63,921 nucleotides of DNA from Octopus bimaculoides. Taxonomy: Eukaryota. Location of the stretch: NCBI RefSeq assembly GCF_001194135.2, contig NC_068997.1, forward strand, positions 27,576,455-27,640,375, read 5' to 3'. Positions 11,270 through 23,700 of this stretch are shown one piece after another. Each line of letters begins with the position of its first letter. The stretch's first letter is position 1. The position numbers and the translations under genes are program-made. Under the pieces are notes generated by a model. It was not told the origin of the DNA, did no database searches, and saw nothing but the letters and a program-made list of their open reading frames with translations.

Positions 11270-12618
11270 TATAAAGTCACAATATTGTATTTACATAAAC
11301 AGGATCATATTTTGCCCCCTTACAAAACCACATTAAAGTATCTTTCAATATGCATATGAGGAAACAGACTAGATATATATATATATATATTTTTTTTTTT
11401 ATAAATTTTCTTGTAATATAGGGGTGCATCATCCACACCAGCAAATATGGTATCTTCTCACGTAAAATGCTTGGGTTTAAAGGGTCTGTTAGGAAATATG
11501 TTTTGAAATCAAACAACTTTTCCTTTGTAAATCAGATAAGTCTCATGAGTGAATCGCATAAACCAATAAGTTAATTTCTTACCAACTTTCAGTAAATCAG
11601 GTAACACATACAGATGTTTAGGAAAAAAACACGTTTATAGTATATAGTCATGACAATCTCATTAAAAGATTATAATCGAAGCTGACTAAAGCAAGAAACA
11701 AGTTGTCAGAACCAGTAAATTGGAGACAAATGACTCCCTAGCAGGCCCAAAGGAACAATTATATAGGACCAGGCATATGCTATCTGAACAGATCGTATAT
11801 TACCACCACCAATGCTATAAGAGTGTTTATAGCCAAGACACTTAATCATATCTTAGCTACAAATAGGTAACATGGTTCACATCTACAGCTGGGTGAACTG
11901 AGTTCTGGGAGACTGTACAGTACTAATGACAAAGTCTGAAATAAAAACTATTCCATTAGTTAATCACAGAGATTGCTGATCTCACCTGTCAGACATATAC
12001 ACAATAGAAACATTAATTAGCTAATGATCTTCAAACTTGTTACAGAAGAGCATACAAAAAAAGCAACAAAAGAAACAAAAACAATAAAAAAAAAAGCAAC
12101 CCCAAATCTAATCAAATGTTTTTATTTGACAAGAAAGGTCATTTTCACATGGATGAATGGCAATATGCCAAATAAAAACGCACAAAAAAAACCAAATGAT
12201 CTCCAATACATGTGTTAACCAGTCAGTTGCTAGATGACAGACATTAAGGAGATGAAAGACTATTGTGAAGCACTGACGATACAACCCCAGATTCTTGCCC
12301 CTACATTAGATTGGCAGTTCCAGCAGAAGATTAAACCAGAGTGTTTCATCAGAGTCAGAGTGGCAGTTCTTCAACAACTGAAACTGGAAGATTGTAGGCA
12401 AGTTTCAACATAGAACATTACAGTTGAATTACAGGGAAAATGGAGAAAATTATTTGCAGAGTTAATTTGGTTAGCATTGCCATTAGTTAAAGTCTGAAAT
12501 TAAATAAGCAAAACTGTAATGGTACAGCAACCAATAAAATGATTTGTCCAGGCTCCTCAACATTGGAAATGGAATTTTGTTTATTTTTGTTGGTTCATAT
12601 TTAGAAATAACAGAGAGA

Positions 12619-12658
<40 letters not shown>

Positions 12659-14018
12659 TGAGAAAGAGAAAAGAGGGCATTATATATACATATATATATA
12701 ACATATCTTGGAAAAGATAAACCATTTCCTCAATACTCAGTGACATTTTTCAAACATTCTATTGCTATTGAGGCCAGTTGACACAAATATCAAACTGCAA
12801 CATAAATTTGGGAGTTCCATAGAAATTATGATTCCAGGCATTGTACAATGATAAAAATGAAATAAACTGTTGGAAATGACAGCCAGTGAATAAAAAGATC
12901 ATTTCAGTTTGCATCTGCTTCTCTTCCCTCCCCCCCTCTCTCTTCTCTAAATAGATGTATTGACTAGGCACAGGCCTCTATTTAGAGTGGATGATCAACT
13001 TTTAAGTATATCAGCCATAGATATTTGAGACTGATACACCCAAAAGGGATGACGGGTAAAGTCAACAATAACAAAGTATTTAACAGTATTTACTTGAATC
13101 TTCCCTCCACATAAGATGACATAGCATTGTTGAAGAGGAGAAACAGGTAAAGAAAGATAAGGTTTTTCAATGTCGTAGCAGTAGTATTGCTTCACACATG
13201 GACTCTGGCCCCCATCATTACATTAGACATGACTAACAACATAACGAATGTTAATGAGTAAAACTAACTAGTACAAAATGATGAGTATCAGAAATGGACA
13301 ATGGAATACTTTAACTAGTGGTACAAAGATTGCATCCATTTTCGTTTAACGGCGGTGGAGGTGATGGTGCTAAGGAGAGGGATCCTTTTCTACATTGCAA
13401 TCTGTCTGTTGATAATTATCTAAATTCAATGATAAATTACCTGTTTTCAGACACACTCACACAATCTCAGGTTATGGTTTCTTATAAGAGAGCTTACAGC
13501 ATTCTGCTGTAATGAATAGGAGAAAAACAAATGTACACACACAAAAAAACACAGAACAAATCTAAGAAGAGAGGTAAAAAATAACAACAGCAATAACAAC
13601 ATCACAAAAATGAATGAGATGGGAGCAAGTGATTTTGACAAAGAAGGGGAGAAAGTCTGAATTTAATGACCAGTTTGACATTGAAGTTATTATGTAGTGT
13701 GGTTATTTACTAACAACCGAGAAGTCATCACTGTACATGTTCAGTAGAGAAAGTAAAGTAATGAGACAGGTTCAACCTGCATCTCATTAGAATATTTTTT
13801 CTGTCTTTAAACAAGAGAAACCACTTCATCGACAGAAATAGAGTAGAGATTGTATAAATTAAGATGGCTAAATTGGGATTTTAGAGTGTCTCTCTTTTTT
13901 CATTTATTTACTTTTATATATATATATCCTTTTTTTTTTTTTGCATTCTGGTGTTGTCCCCTTTTGACTATGTTTTTAGACAACCGGAAATAATAAAAAA
14001 AGTCAATGTCTTAAATTA
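11270..14018 (-). other. Probable long 3' UTR of the GPATCH8-like gene (distal end uncertain)
   Basis: Directly follows the TAA, is U-rich on the minus strand, has no recognisable TE until ~10930, and contains several AATAAA hexamers on the minus strand. The cleavage site cannot be fixed from sequence. Confidence 0.4.
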
Positions 14019-17000
14019 TTAAATAGCTCTGGGGAACCTTGGTATATACACCTGATGACCTATAATTATTGAGCCTGGGGGGTGTATCTGAGTGAGGAGT
14101 GGCTGAGGTGAAGCCAATGGCATAAGTTGACTGGGAGCCGCGATGAGTTGATGATGAAATGGATGGGCTGCAGCAGCTATTGGTAGCCCAGCAGCAGCAG
14201 TTGCATGTAAGTGATGGAGAGCATGGTGACCAGCCAAAGCATGGTGCGGATGGTGGTGATGGGCAGCTCCATGAGACATCTGTGGAATGGCGATAACTGG
14301 TCCTCCAGCCTGGATTGGAAACGTGCCCTGAGACTGGAGCAACGCATTTGGAGGGATCATTATCTGCTGCTGTTGACAGAACGGCACCATCGGGTGGTGT
14401 GCAATGACTGGGCTACCGGCGTGTTGCGCCTGCGGTAAGAGAATCTGCTGCTGTAAGTGCTGAGGTTCAGGTTCCGGCAAAGCCAAAATTCCAGGTTGCT
14501 CCTCGGTCTCTTCATCAGACACTACAGTCGAAACCTGCCCTTCCATTTCCATTGACTCATCATCATCACTCTCTTCAACTTGGCCTGTCTCCTTCTGATG
14601 CTGACGCCTCTGTTGCTTTAATGCATGTTTCTGTGCCATCTCCTGTAAGTGCTTATATTGCTCTGCCTGTTCTGGAGGGATGATAGGGAGTGGCATTGGC
14701 GAGATATCTTCACAGCTCTTTTTCTNNNNNNNNNNNNNNNNNNNNNNNNNNNNNNNNNNNNNNNNNNNNNNNNNNNNNNNNNNNNNNNNNNNNNNNNNNN
14801 NNNNNNNNNNNNNNNNNNNNNNNNNNNNNNNNNNNNNNNNNNNNNNNNNNNNNNNNNNNNNNNNNNNNNNNNNNNNNNNNNNNNNNNNNNNNNNNNNNNN
14901 NNNNNNNNNNNNNNNNNNNNNNNNNNNNNNNNNNNNNNNNNNNNNNNNNNNNNNNNNNNNNNNNNNNNNNNNNNNNNNNNNNNNNNNNNNNNNNNNNNNN
15001 NNNNNNNNNNNNNNNNNNNNNNNNNNNNNNNNNNNNNNNNNNNNNNNNNNNNNNNNNNNNNNNNNNNNNNNNNNNNNNNNNNNNNNNNNNNNNNNNNNNN
15101 NNNNNNNNNNNNNNNNNNNNNNNNNNNNNNNNNNNNNNNNNNNNNNNNNNNNNNNNNNNNNNNNNNNNNNNNNNNNNNNNNNNNNNNNNNNNNNNNNNNN
15201 NNNNNNTAGGAATGATGGCTGCAGAGGGTGGTGGCTGTGAGAGGTCGGGTAGAGGATGCAAGAGATTATCATTTGCAGCAGCTGGGAAGCGCGGTGGAGG
15301 TATGAGTTGAGGAGGGGGAGGGGGAGGGCGCGTTTGATTATCGGGTGTTAAGTGGGCAGCCTCTGCCACTTGGAAAGGAGGCAAGGGGATATTTTTCAAG
15401 CCACCGCTGCTTGGTTTCGCATCACTGCTGTTGCTCGGCGCAGCTGTGTCAGCCTTGCTAGTGACACTGGTTGTTGCAGTGCTAGCTTCACTGACAGGTG
15501 TAGCTGACTTGGTACTTTCTCCTGTGGAACTTTTCCCTTTACTTTTGTCCTGTTGGTCACTTCCACCATCTTTGATATCACCAGGCATTGGAATTTTAGC
15601 AGGATCAAGCTTGCCACTTTTATCATTGTCACTCTTTTTACTCTGAAGACTTTGAGAATATTTTTTGGTCGAGTAAGAAGAACTATATCTGGGTTCTGGA
15701 CTACTTTTGTGTCTGTAATCTGATTTAGATTTGTGGGGTGAGCGTGACTTTGAATGAGACTTATGATACGACCGTGACCTTGATCGCGACCTCGAGTAGG
15801 AGGAAGATTTGGAGTGTGATCGTGAGTAGGAATATGAGCGAGAGCGACCCCGTGACTCTGATCGACTTCTTGACCGGCTACTGCTGCTAGTGTATGATCG
15901 GTGTTCACTGGAATAGGATCTGTATCTTCTAGAATGGCTGTACGAGCTGGAACGAGTTCGAGACCGGTGCCGGCTGCAAGAGCGTGATGCCGTACGCCTG
16001 CGCCTGTAACGATAGTCGTCTTCCGAATAACTACTGTAGGAGTAACGTCGACCTCTGTGAGAACCATGTCTTTCGTAGGACACTGACCGTGATCGTGACC
16101 TCGATCGAGAATTGCTGGATGAATGTGACCTAGAGTGCCTATGTTTTGATTTGTCTGAATAATGCGAGTCTCTATCGCTGTAAGATGAGCTATAAGAATG
16201 TTCCCTGCTTCGACACTGACTCTCACTGTGATGACTCTCACCAGAATAACATTTCTTTCGTTTGTAGCTTTTCTGTACAGAGCAAGAAGGCTGATCCGTA
16301 TCACTTCCAGAGCTTTGATGGTAATTTTCAATACGGGAGTCAACTTTCGAACTTGAAAATGCACTTTTATTATTACTATTATTATTATTATTACTATTAT
16401 TATTGTTGTTGCTATTATTATTATTATTTTTATTAATTTCTTTTTTATCGGTCTGTATGGATTCATCACCATTCTTCTTTCTCTTAAAGACTTCACTGTT
16501 ATTTTTAGACTTCAAACATGAATTAACAGGGGATTCAACATCACTATCACTGCTTGTGTCCCATGATGCTTTGTTCCCTTCCGGGTCGAAGCGAGCTTCA
16601 AATAGATTTTCCATTTTACTCCATGTGTCTTCTTCACTCTTTATACAAGGATTTTTAGATGCTTTCCTCTTACTATTTAAAGGAGAATCAATATCACCAG
16701 AATGGCGCTTCCTCTCGCTGCTAGAACCAGCCTTTACACAAACAGTTTCTTCTTTTGAAATTTTCTTACAATCATCCATAGATTCAAATAAAGAACCAGA
16801 AGTACCAACGCTCACAGGTCTTTTCTTACTTACATCAGGCTTTTCCTCTTCACCCATAGAAATGGCAGTAGTAGTAGTAGCAGTAGCAACAGCAGTGGAC
16901 TGCTTAGAGTCCAGCTCAGGTAATTCACTTCGATCAACACCGACCAATTTAACTTTGGTTTTGTGAACTTTGGCAACCTTACTATTATCAGATGCTGCTG

Positions 17001-18070
17001 CTGCTGTAGTTTCTTCTTCTGAAGAAATATTGCCACTTTCAGATTTCAGTTGTGATTTTCTTTTCTTCAACTGTTTATTTTTCAGACCGATGCCATATGG
17101 ACCTGTAGTTTCCTCTTCGCTCTCATGACCACTTTGAGATTGCTTCTCAAACTCATCACTTTTGTGCCTTTTCTTCTTGGATTTTCTTGATTTGTGTTTT
17201 TTATGCTTGCTTTTATGTGAACTTTTGTTCCGAACTGCTTCACCACCGTCTCCTAACTCAGTATCAGACTTGGTGCCAGATTGATGAGATCGTTTCTTTT
17301 TCTTCTTATGTCTTTTATTCTTCCCACTTTCCACAGACACATTCTTATTATCATCTTTGCCAGAAACACCTTCCTCTGTTTTATGCTCTTTCTTCTTGTG
17401 TTTCTTTTTCTTCTTCTTCTTCGCTTTTGGTTCATCTTCATCAGAGTGATGTTGAGTGGACAATTTTCGCTTTTTCTTCTTAGACTTCCTTGCCAGTGGC
17501 TTACTTTCCTTCAGCTCATCCTTGTTAGTGAAGCTATTTACCTCCACCTTTACAGTTGACATCTCCTCACTTTTCACTTTTACTTTAGTTTTAGAAACAT
17601 CATCGCTTTTCTGAGATTTATTCTTCGGTAATAATTCACTGAAGTCAAAGAAGAGAGGATTACAGCTATAGGTTATGGGAGGCTGAGTTTTTGTATACTG
17701 GATCATTTCAACAGGCCAGTCTAACTCAAGTGTTTGTTCTTTGTTAAGAACTTTTAAAAATGGCATTCCAGCAGGTGGCAAATCTTTAGCAGCCGGCTTC
17801 TCTTCAGAAGACTTCTCAGACTTTTCTGCATCACCTTTTTCTACACTATCACTGGTTTCTTCAGCTGCTTTACTTTCTTTAGGTTCTCTCTCACTTTCAC
17901 CAGAATGTAACAGTTTTTCATCTCTTTCCTTACCAAATGGAACCGAAGATGATAACTTTTGCCCCATTTTTCGACAAAAGGAGAATGAAATGGCACTTTT
18001 AGATCCTTCACTGTCATCCAATACATCACAGCTCTCTTCTGCACCAGTGGAATCTGGTGGATGCTGTTCC
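14019..18070 (-). CDS. GPATCH8: Terminal coding exon(s) of a GPATCH8/ZNF804-family nuclear RS-domain protein; interrupted by N-gap 14726-15206
   Basis: Acceptor ttctctcattAG|G at 18072-18071. About 954 open codons precede the gap and 234 follow it, ending at TAA (14021-14019). Contains PFLKVLNKEQTLELDWPVEMIQYTKTQPPITYSCNPLFFDF (~17640-17770), which I recognise as the GPATCH8/ZNF804 motif (human GPATCH8 [41 protein letters not shown]). Then poly-Lys/His NLS-like tracts, an SR/RS-repeat domain, PIIPPEQAEQYKHLQEMAQKH (cf. GPATCH8 [22 protein letters not shown]) and a His/Ala/Pro-rich tail. The RS domain favours GPATCH8 over ZNF804A/B. Confidence 0.88.
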
Positions 18071-18244
18071 CTAATGAGAGAAAAAAAAAAGGTAAAAAAA
18101 AAAATAGTAATTAAAGTGCCAGACTAATAGGAAATACAAGAAAACATTACAAAATACAAACTTGATGCAAAGGTATAAAGTTCTTGTGTATGATCAATGC
18201 TTCTGCAATGTGTATACAGTAAAACTACATGCCTGCTATGTCTG

Positions 18245-18480
18245 TTATAGTGGCATAGCTAGGTGCTTAAGTTTGCTTCCCAACCATGTGGTTTGGGGTT
18301 TAGTCATACTACACAGTACCTTGGACAAGTATCTTGGTAGAAGGAAACTGAAAGAAGCCCATCAAGTGTGTGTTCTCTGATCTTGAGAGTCACTGCCATA
18401 TAAGTTATATCATTTGTTTCCAATCTTCCATGAAACGACGTCCAGCTATGGTGAGAGTTTATGACAGGCAAAATACTTCA
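18245..18480 (+). mobile_element. Family A SINE in intron 18071-19301
   Basis: Head homologous to 1413-1550 (CTTGGACAAG...TTGGTAGAAGGAAACTGAAAGAAGCCCATC). Confidence 0.6.
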
Positions 18481-18804
18481 CTGTAGAAAATCTGCTTTAG
18501 TACACACACATACAATCTTCCCCATGAGCATGGAAGATTGGACATTGAAATGGTGATTTTATATATATATTTAATAAGTTTAGTGTTCTGTTAAGATCAA
18601 CAAAAACAATACCGCATCAAGTAAGAGATAAACATCATTTAATGTACACAATATAAAGATATGAGTTACAAATACTTTCTTGGTTTGGAGATGCAGGTCT
18701 ACTGCTTGGAGGCACAAGGTATGTTATTAAAACCTACATAGACCTGCATCTCCAAAGCAAAAAACTTTTTACTGTATACATTAAATGATTTTATAAGTAA
18801 TGTG

Positions 18805-18985
18805 TATAGAGCCATACCAAATGTCCATTATGTGCACACAACCACACCAAATGTCTGCTATGCACACAGCCATACCAAATGTCCACTTTACGTATATATC
18901 TGCTATGCATATAGAGCCATACTACAAGCTTGCTATGTGTATACAGACATATCAAATAACTGCTATGTGTATAGTCATGCCAGAT
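18805..18985. repeat. Degenerate ~29-30-bp minisatellite (GCCATACCAAATGTCTGCTATGCACACA-like)
   Basis: CCA(T/C)ACCAAATGTC three times, then TGCTATG(C/T)(A/G)TATA units. Confidence 0.7.
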
Positions 18986-19301
18986 GCCTTGTGAGTAAAA
19001 TTTTGAAGGTGGGAACTACCTCAAATCCCAACATATGTGCGCATGTATACATGTGTACGTTACTAGTTATAAGGTGAACAAAATTGGTTCATCAAACAGA
19101 ACTACTTTGCAGCATTTAGTTCCGACTCAAAGGAGGACTTTACGTTACTTTAAGTGCAAGGCAATGTACTGCAGTCATACAAGTGACAGAAAAAAAAAAT
19201 TTAAGACAGTGCCTTAGTATGGCCCCAATTCAATAATTAAAACCAGTTAATAAAAAACATTAAAAAAAAGAAAATAAAAAACAAAAGAAAAAAAAACTTA
19301 C

Positions 19302-20734
19302 TTTTCTTTAGTTTCAGTACATGAAGATTGTAACTGTCCACTGACAGAAGCAACTGGAGTAGAATTTGGTAAGCTTGAAGAAATAGTTCCACTTGGTTTG
19401 GGGCTTGCTTTTATAGCAGTAGCAGTATTAGTGGTGGTGGTGATGATTAACTTGTCGTTTATAATAGATGAGCTGGAAGATGGCACTGTATGTACTGCTG
19501 TGCTGCTTGCAACTTTTACAATACTGTTCGACTTAGTACTACTACTACTAGCTACATTTACTTGACTGTTCTCAGAAAACTTACTAGCACCAACATTGGT
19601 ACTTTTATTAGTATCATTATTATTATTATTATTGCTGATCTTTTTAGTGACATCTAAATCAAGAGTAGAGTTACTAGTGTTCACCTGTGTTTTTGTTTCA
19701 CTAATCACTTTGTTTGATTCAGGTTTTGATTTTACCAAATTCCTCCCATTGTTGGCCTTGCCACTATTTCCATCTGATGCTAATGTCTTGCTTTTAGAGT
19801 TGGTAAAAGTCACATTATTTTTAATATTAACATTATTAATAGTTGTAGTAGTAGTTGTGGTTGTAGCTGTTGTAGTAGTAGTAGTTGCTGTAGTAGTTGT
19901 AGCAGATGAAGCACTAGTAGTAGTAGTAGTAGTATTAGAATTCGCTTTGACATTCTGCTTGCTAGAACCTGCAATCTTGGGATTCACTATATTAGAAACA
20001 CTGGACATAATTAACTGATTAGCCTTAGTTCCAGGACATGTTGGTCGCATCAAAGGAGTACCACTTGGTCGCACAAGTATTCCACCAACTGATCGGGGGG
20101 TGTTGAATCTGTTCACCATACCCATCTGTCTGGCATTCCTCACGTTGGCCATTGGAACATTTGGTCTACCATATAAATTGCCTTGTACACAAACACCTGG
20201 TCGAGGTGTATTGAAGTTGGAGCCAGGATTTCGAACCCTTGGTGGAGTAGAACCAGGAAATATATTCCCAGGGTTCGGAACAACTGGTCTCATGTTTGAA
20301 AAAGCTGAATTACGTCTCATAGTTTTTGAATTATCATTAGGTCTTAAAGGTGGAGGAACAATAGGAGCTGGTCTTGTGAGAATCTTTCCCTTGGTAATAC
20401 AACTAGTATTAACTAGTTGGACGTTTCCTCTTCCAACAAAGCTTCCATCCTTTCTTCCTGAGGCAGCTGTTATTGTACAACTAGTAGTAACTGGCACGGC
20501 AGTACTTCCAGCTTTTTTGCAGTTTGTCTTGACAGCAGAACAGCTGCTAGCTGCACTTCCTTCTAAGTCACTTGTTCGGCAAGGCCCATCGTTTTTCTTT
20601 GCTGCAGTTTCAACAGATTGAGCCACTGTAGTTTTTGGGGCAACAGCATTAAGTTTGCCATCACTTTTGTTATTGCTGCTGGCAACATTCACACTGGTAC
20701 ACTGAAGAATAGTTCCTTGGTTACCAACAATTTT
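19302..20734 (-). CDS. GPATCH8: Internal coding exon of the same gene (477 codons + 2 nt; Thr/Asn/Ser/Pro-rich low complexity)
   Basis: Acceptor cttttctcttcAG| at 20736-20735 opens phase 0 (KIVGNQGTILQCTSVNVASS...). Donor AA|GTAAGT at 19301 is phase 2 and joins the single G starting the 18070 exon to give ...ETKEK-EQHPPDS... in frame. Open for 1433 nt. Confidence 0.85.
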
Positions 20735-22388
20735 CTGAAGAGAAAAGAAGGTAATACAAATATTAAGAATATGTTGAAATAATTTTTGTTGTTTTTTTTT
20801 AAAACAAGGTTAATTAAAAATTTTGTAGCAAACAAATTCATAAAAACATACGAAGAGTTTAAAAAGAAACAACCCCCTCCCGCCAAATAACATAAATCAT
20901 GAAAAGCACATTGTAGGGGTTTTAGTAAATACAAATAAATGCTAGTTTAATGTTTTTCTTTTTGAAATATATGCACAAAAATATATACCAACGAAAATAT
21001 AGTGGGATGGAAAAAAAAACATCACCCAGCCAAGAAATATGAATTAATTAGTCATTACTGAATACAGTATATCCCTCAATGACACATCGTTGATAGTTTA
21101 TGATATTTCAGTATAATTCTTTTAGAGAACAAAATCAGAAAATAAAATGAGAGGATTAAATCTACAATAAGTTGTAAAAAAAAAAAAAAAATTGTTCTTA
21201 AAAAATCTTAATGACAATTCATCCTATTTCTAGATTAACCTCACCTCCTTTACACCCCCACCCAAATTTTTGTACCATTAATGCATATTTAAACAGGTTT
21301 CCACAGAAAATCATGTCAGTCTAAAAGTTACCAAAATTTGGTGCTATTTTTTTGGAGAACACTCAAAGATGAATTGTTTTATATATATATAAAGACAAGA
21401 AAACAAATTTTGCCATAGAATTAAATATAGTTCTGTCATTACTTTTGATGAAATGTCATTCTTGCCCTTCCCCATTTAAAATTTACTACTGTTCTACAAT
21501 AATTCTATAAATTTTATTATACTAAAACTTTTCTTTGCACAATTGTCATGTAGGGATATATGCTGAGATTGGAAGGGGATAACCTGAGCAAGATCACACA
21601 CAAACATACACTTTTGTGTGTATATGGATGTATGTGTAAACATTTTTAACATTAAATAATGCGACAAAATAATTTGACACAAACCGACTTCTAAAATGCT
21701 TTATTTCTTTAATGATACTATGAAGGAGTGAAAGAAAAAAAAAAAAAGAAAACCAAAAACAGAAAGAAACATGCAAACTTATTTATTTATTTATGGAGAC
21801 GAATGTGTATGTGTATGAATGTGTGTGTGTGTGTGTGTGTGTGTGTCTGAGTGTGTGCTGGTGGCATATAGATTCTTTGGGGTCTTTTTACANNNNNNNN
21901 NNNNNNNNNNNNNNNNNNNNNNNNNNNNNNNNNNNNNNNNNNNNNNNNNNNNNNNNNNNNNNNNNNNNNNNNNNNNNNNNNNNNNNNNNNNNNNNNNNNN
22001 NNNNNNNNNNNNNNNNNNNNNNNNNNNNNNNNNNNNNNNNNNNNNNNNNNNNNNNNNNNNNNNNNNNNNNNNNNNNNNNNNNNNNNNNNNNNNNNNNNNN
22101 NNNNNNNNNNNNNNNNNNNNNNNNNNNNNNNNNNNNNNNNNNNNNNNNNNNNNNNNNNNNNNNNNNNNNNNNNNNNNNNNNNNNNNNNNNNNNNNNNNNN
22201 NNNNNNNNNNNNNNNNNNNNNNNNNNNNNNNNNNNNNNNNNNNNNNNNNNNNNNNNNNNNNNNNNNNNNNNNNNNNNNNNNNNNNNNNNNNNNNNNNNNN
22301 NNNNNNNNNNNNNNNNNNNNNNNNNNNNNNNNNNNNNNNNNNNNNNNNNNNNNNNNNNNNNNNNNNNNNNNNNNNNNNNNNNNNNNNN

Positions 22389-22427
<39 letters not shown>

Positions 22428-23089
22428 ATATGTATGTATATATATATAATCAGGTCAAACAGTGATTAGTAAAATAATTAGATAAGCCCAAATGTCTATG
22501 TGATAAAAAAAAATACAGCAAGCAAATCTACAAAATGTCAGCTATGTCATATATATATGATAGGTATATATATCATATATACATATCATATACAGGAAGA
22601 TGAAAGGTGAGTGTGTAATGTTAAAAGAGAGAGATGGAATGGAAAGGGCTAAAAATACAAGTGCTCAGATGGACCGATCGCAATCAAAGTTCCCAACTTT
22701 TGAAGCAGAAAGAAGATTAAAAGAATACTGGTGGAGGATTAAAACAAAACAAAACGTTAAAGAAAAAGAACAAAAAAAAAAAAACAAATGAACAAACAAA
22801 AAGCTGCCTGACAATAAGAGGATTAAATCATTATTCATGCAATAAAAGAGGTAGTGGTGGTAGTGATGGGTGAGAAACAGTTAGGTGAAACAAGCTTTCC
22901 AGCAGAAATGTAGACTTTGAACCACTAAAACAGCAAAGTAGCATCTAATACAGTTGAATAATACAGTTGAAATATAGAAAACATTTTATAACTGGAAAAT
23001 ATGACAAGACTGAGATTTGTTGTTCCTATGAGAGTTTTGGTAATTGGTTTATTGTATCTGATATTTAAAGTAAAATATACTTTCACATG

Positions 23090-23700
23090 TAATAATAATA
23101 ATAATAATTTCAAATTTTGGCACAATGCCAATAGCTTTAAGGGAAAGGGGTTAGTAGATGCCATCAACCCCCCAGTGCTCAACTGGCACTTATTTTATTG
23201 ACCCTGAAAGGATGAAAGACAAAGATGAACCAACAGAATTTGAACAAGAAAAACTGTAGAACATTTTGTCAGATTCTGCCAGTTTGTTGAATAATAATGA
23301 TGGTTTAAAATTTTGGCATAAGATCAGCAATTTTAGGGGGAAGAGGTTACGTTGATTACATTAACTCCATTGTTTGGCACTTTAATTTATCAACCCCAAA
23401 AGAATGAACGGTGAAGTCAATATCAGCAAGACTTGAACTGGAAAAAATGCTGCTAAGCATTTTGTCTAACATACTAATGATTCTGCCAATCTGTCGCCCA
23501 AATAATAATAGCTTCTGACTTAAGCACAAGGCAAACAAATTTGAGGGAGTAGTTGATACCACTGACCAAAGTACTTCATTAACCCTGAAATGCAAAACTG
23601 ACCCTGGCAATATTTGAATTCAGAATGAAAAAAAAAAACAGAACAAATGCCACTCAGGATTTTGCCCAACATTCTAACAATTTTCCCAATCGACTAATCT
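23090..23700 (-). mobile_element. Three head-to-tail family B SINE copies
   Basis: The core CCC.AAA.GAATGAA.GG.AAAGT..A.C...G.A...ATTTGAA...AGAA recurs at ~23200, ~23395 and ~23585, with (AAT)n tails between copies. Confidence 0.7.

Noticed and set aside
15396-16496. 366-codon stop-free alternative frame overlapping the RS domain (dual coding?)
   Set aside because: Arg/Ser/Asn-rich coding sequence rarely has the xTA/xTG codons needed to create stops in the shifted frame. It starts at GTG and the product has no recognisable features.
16403-20621. Plus-strand ORFs (16403-16966, 17741-18127, 19596-20018, 20100-20621 and others)
   Set aside because: Antisense shadows of the real coding exons.
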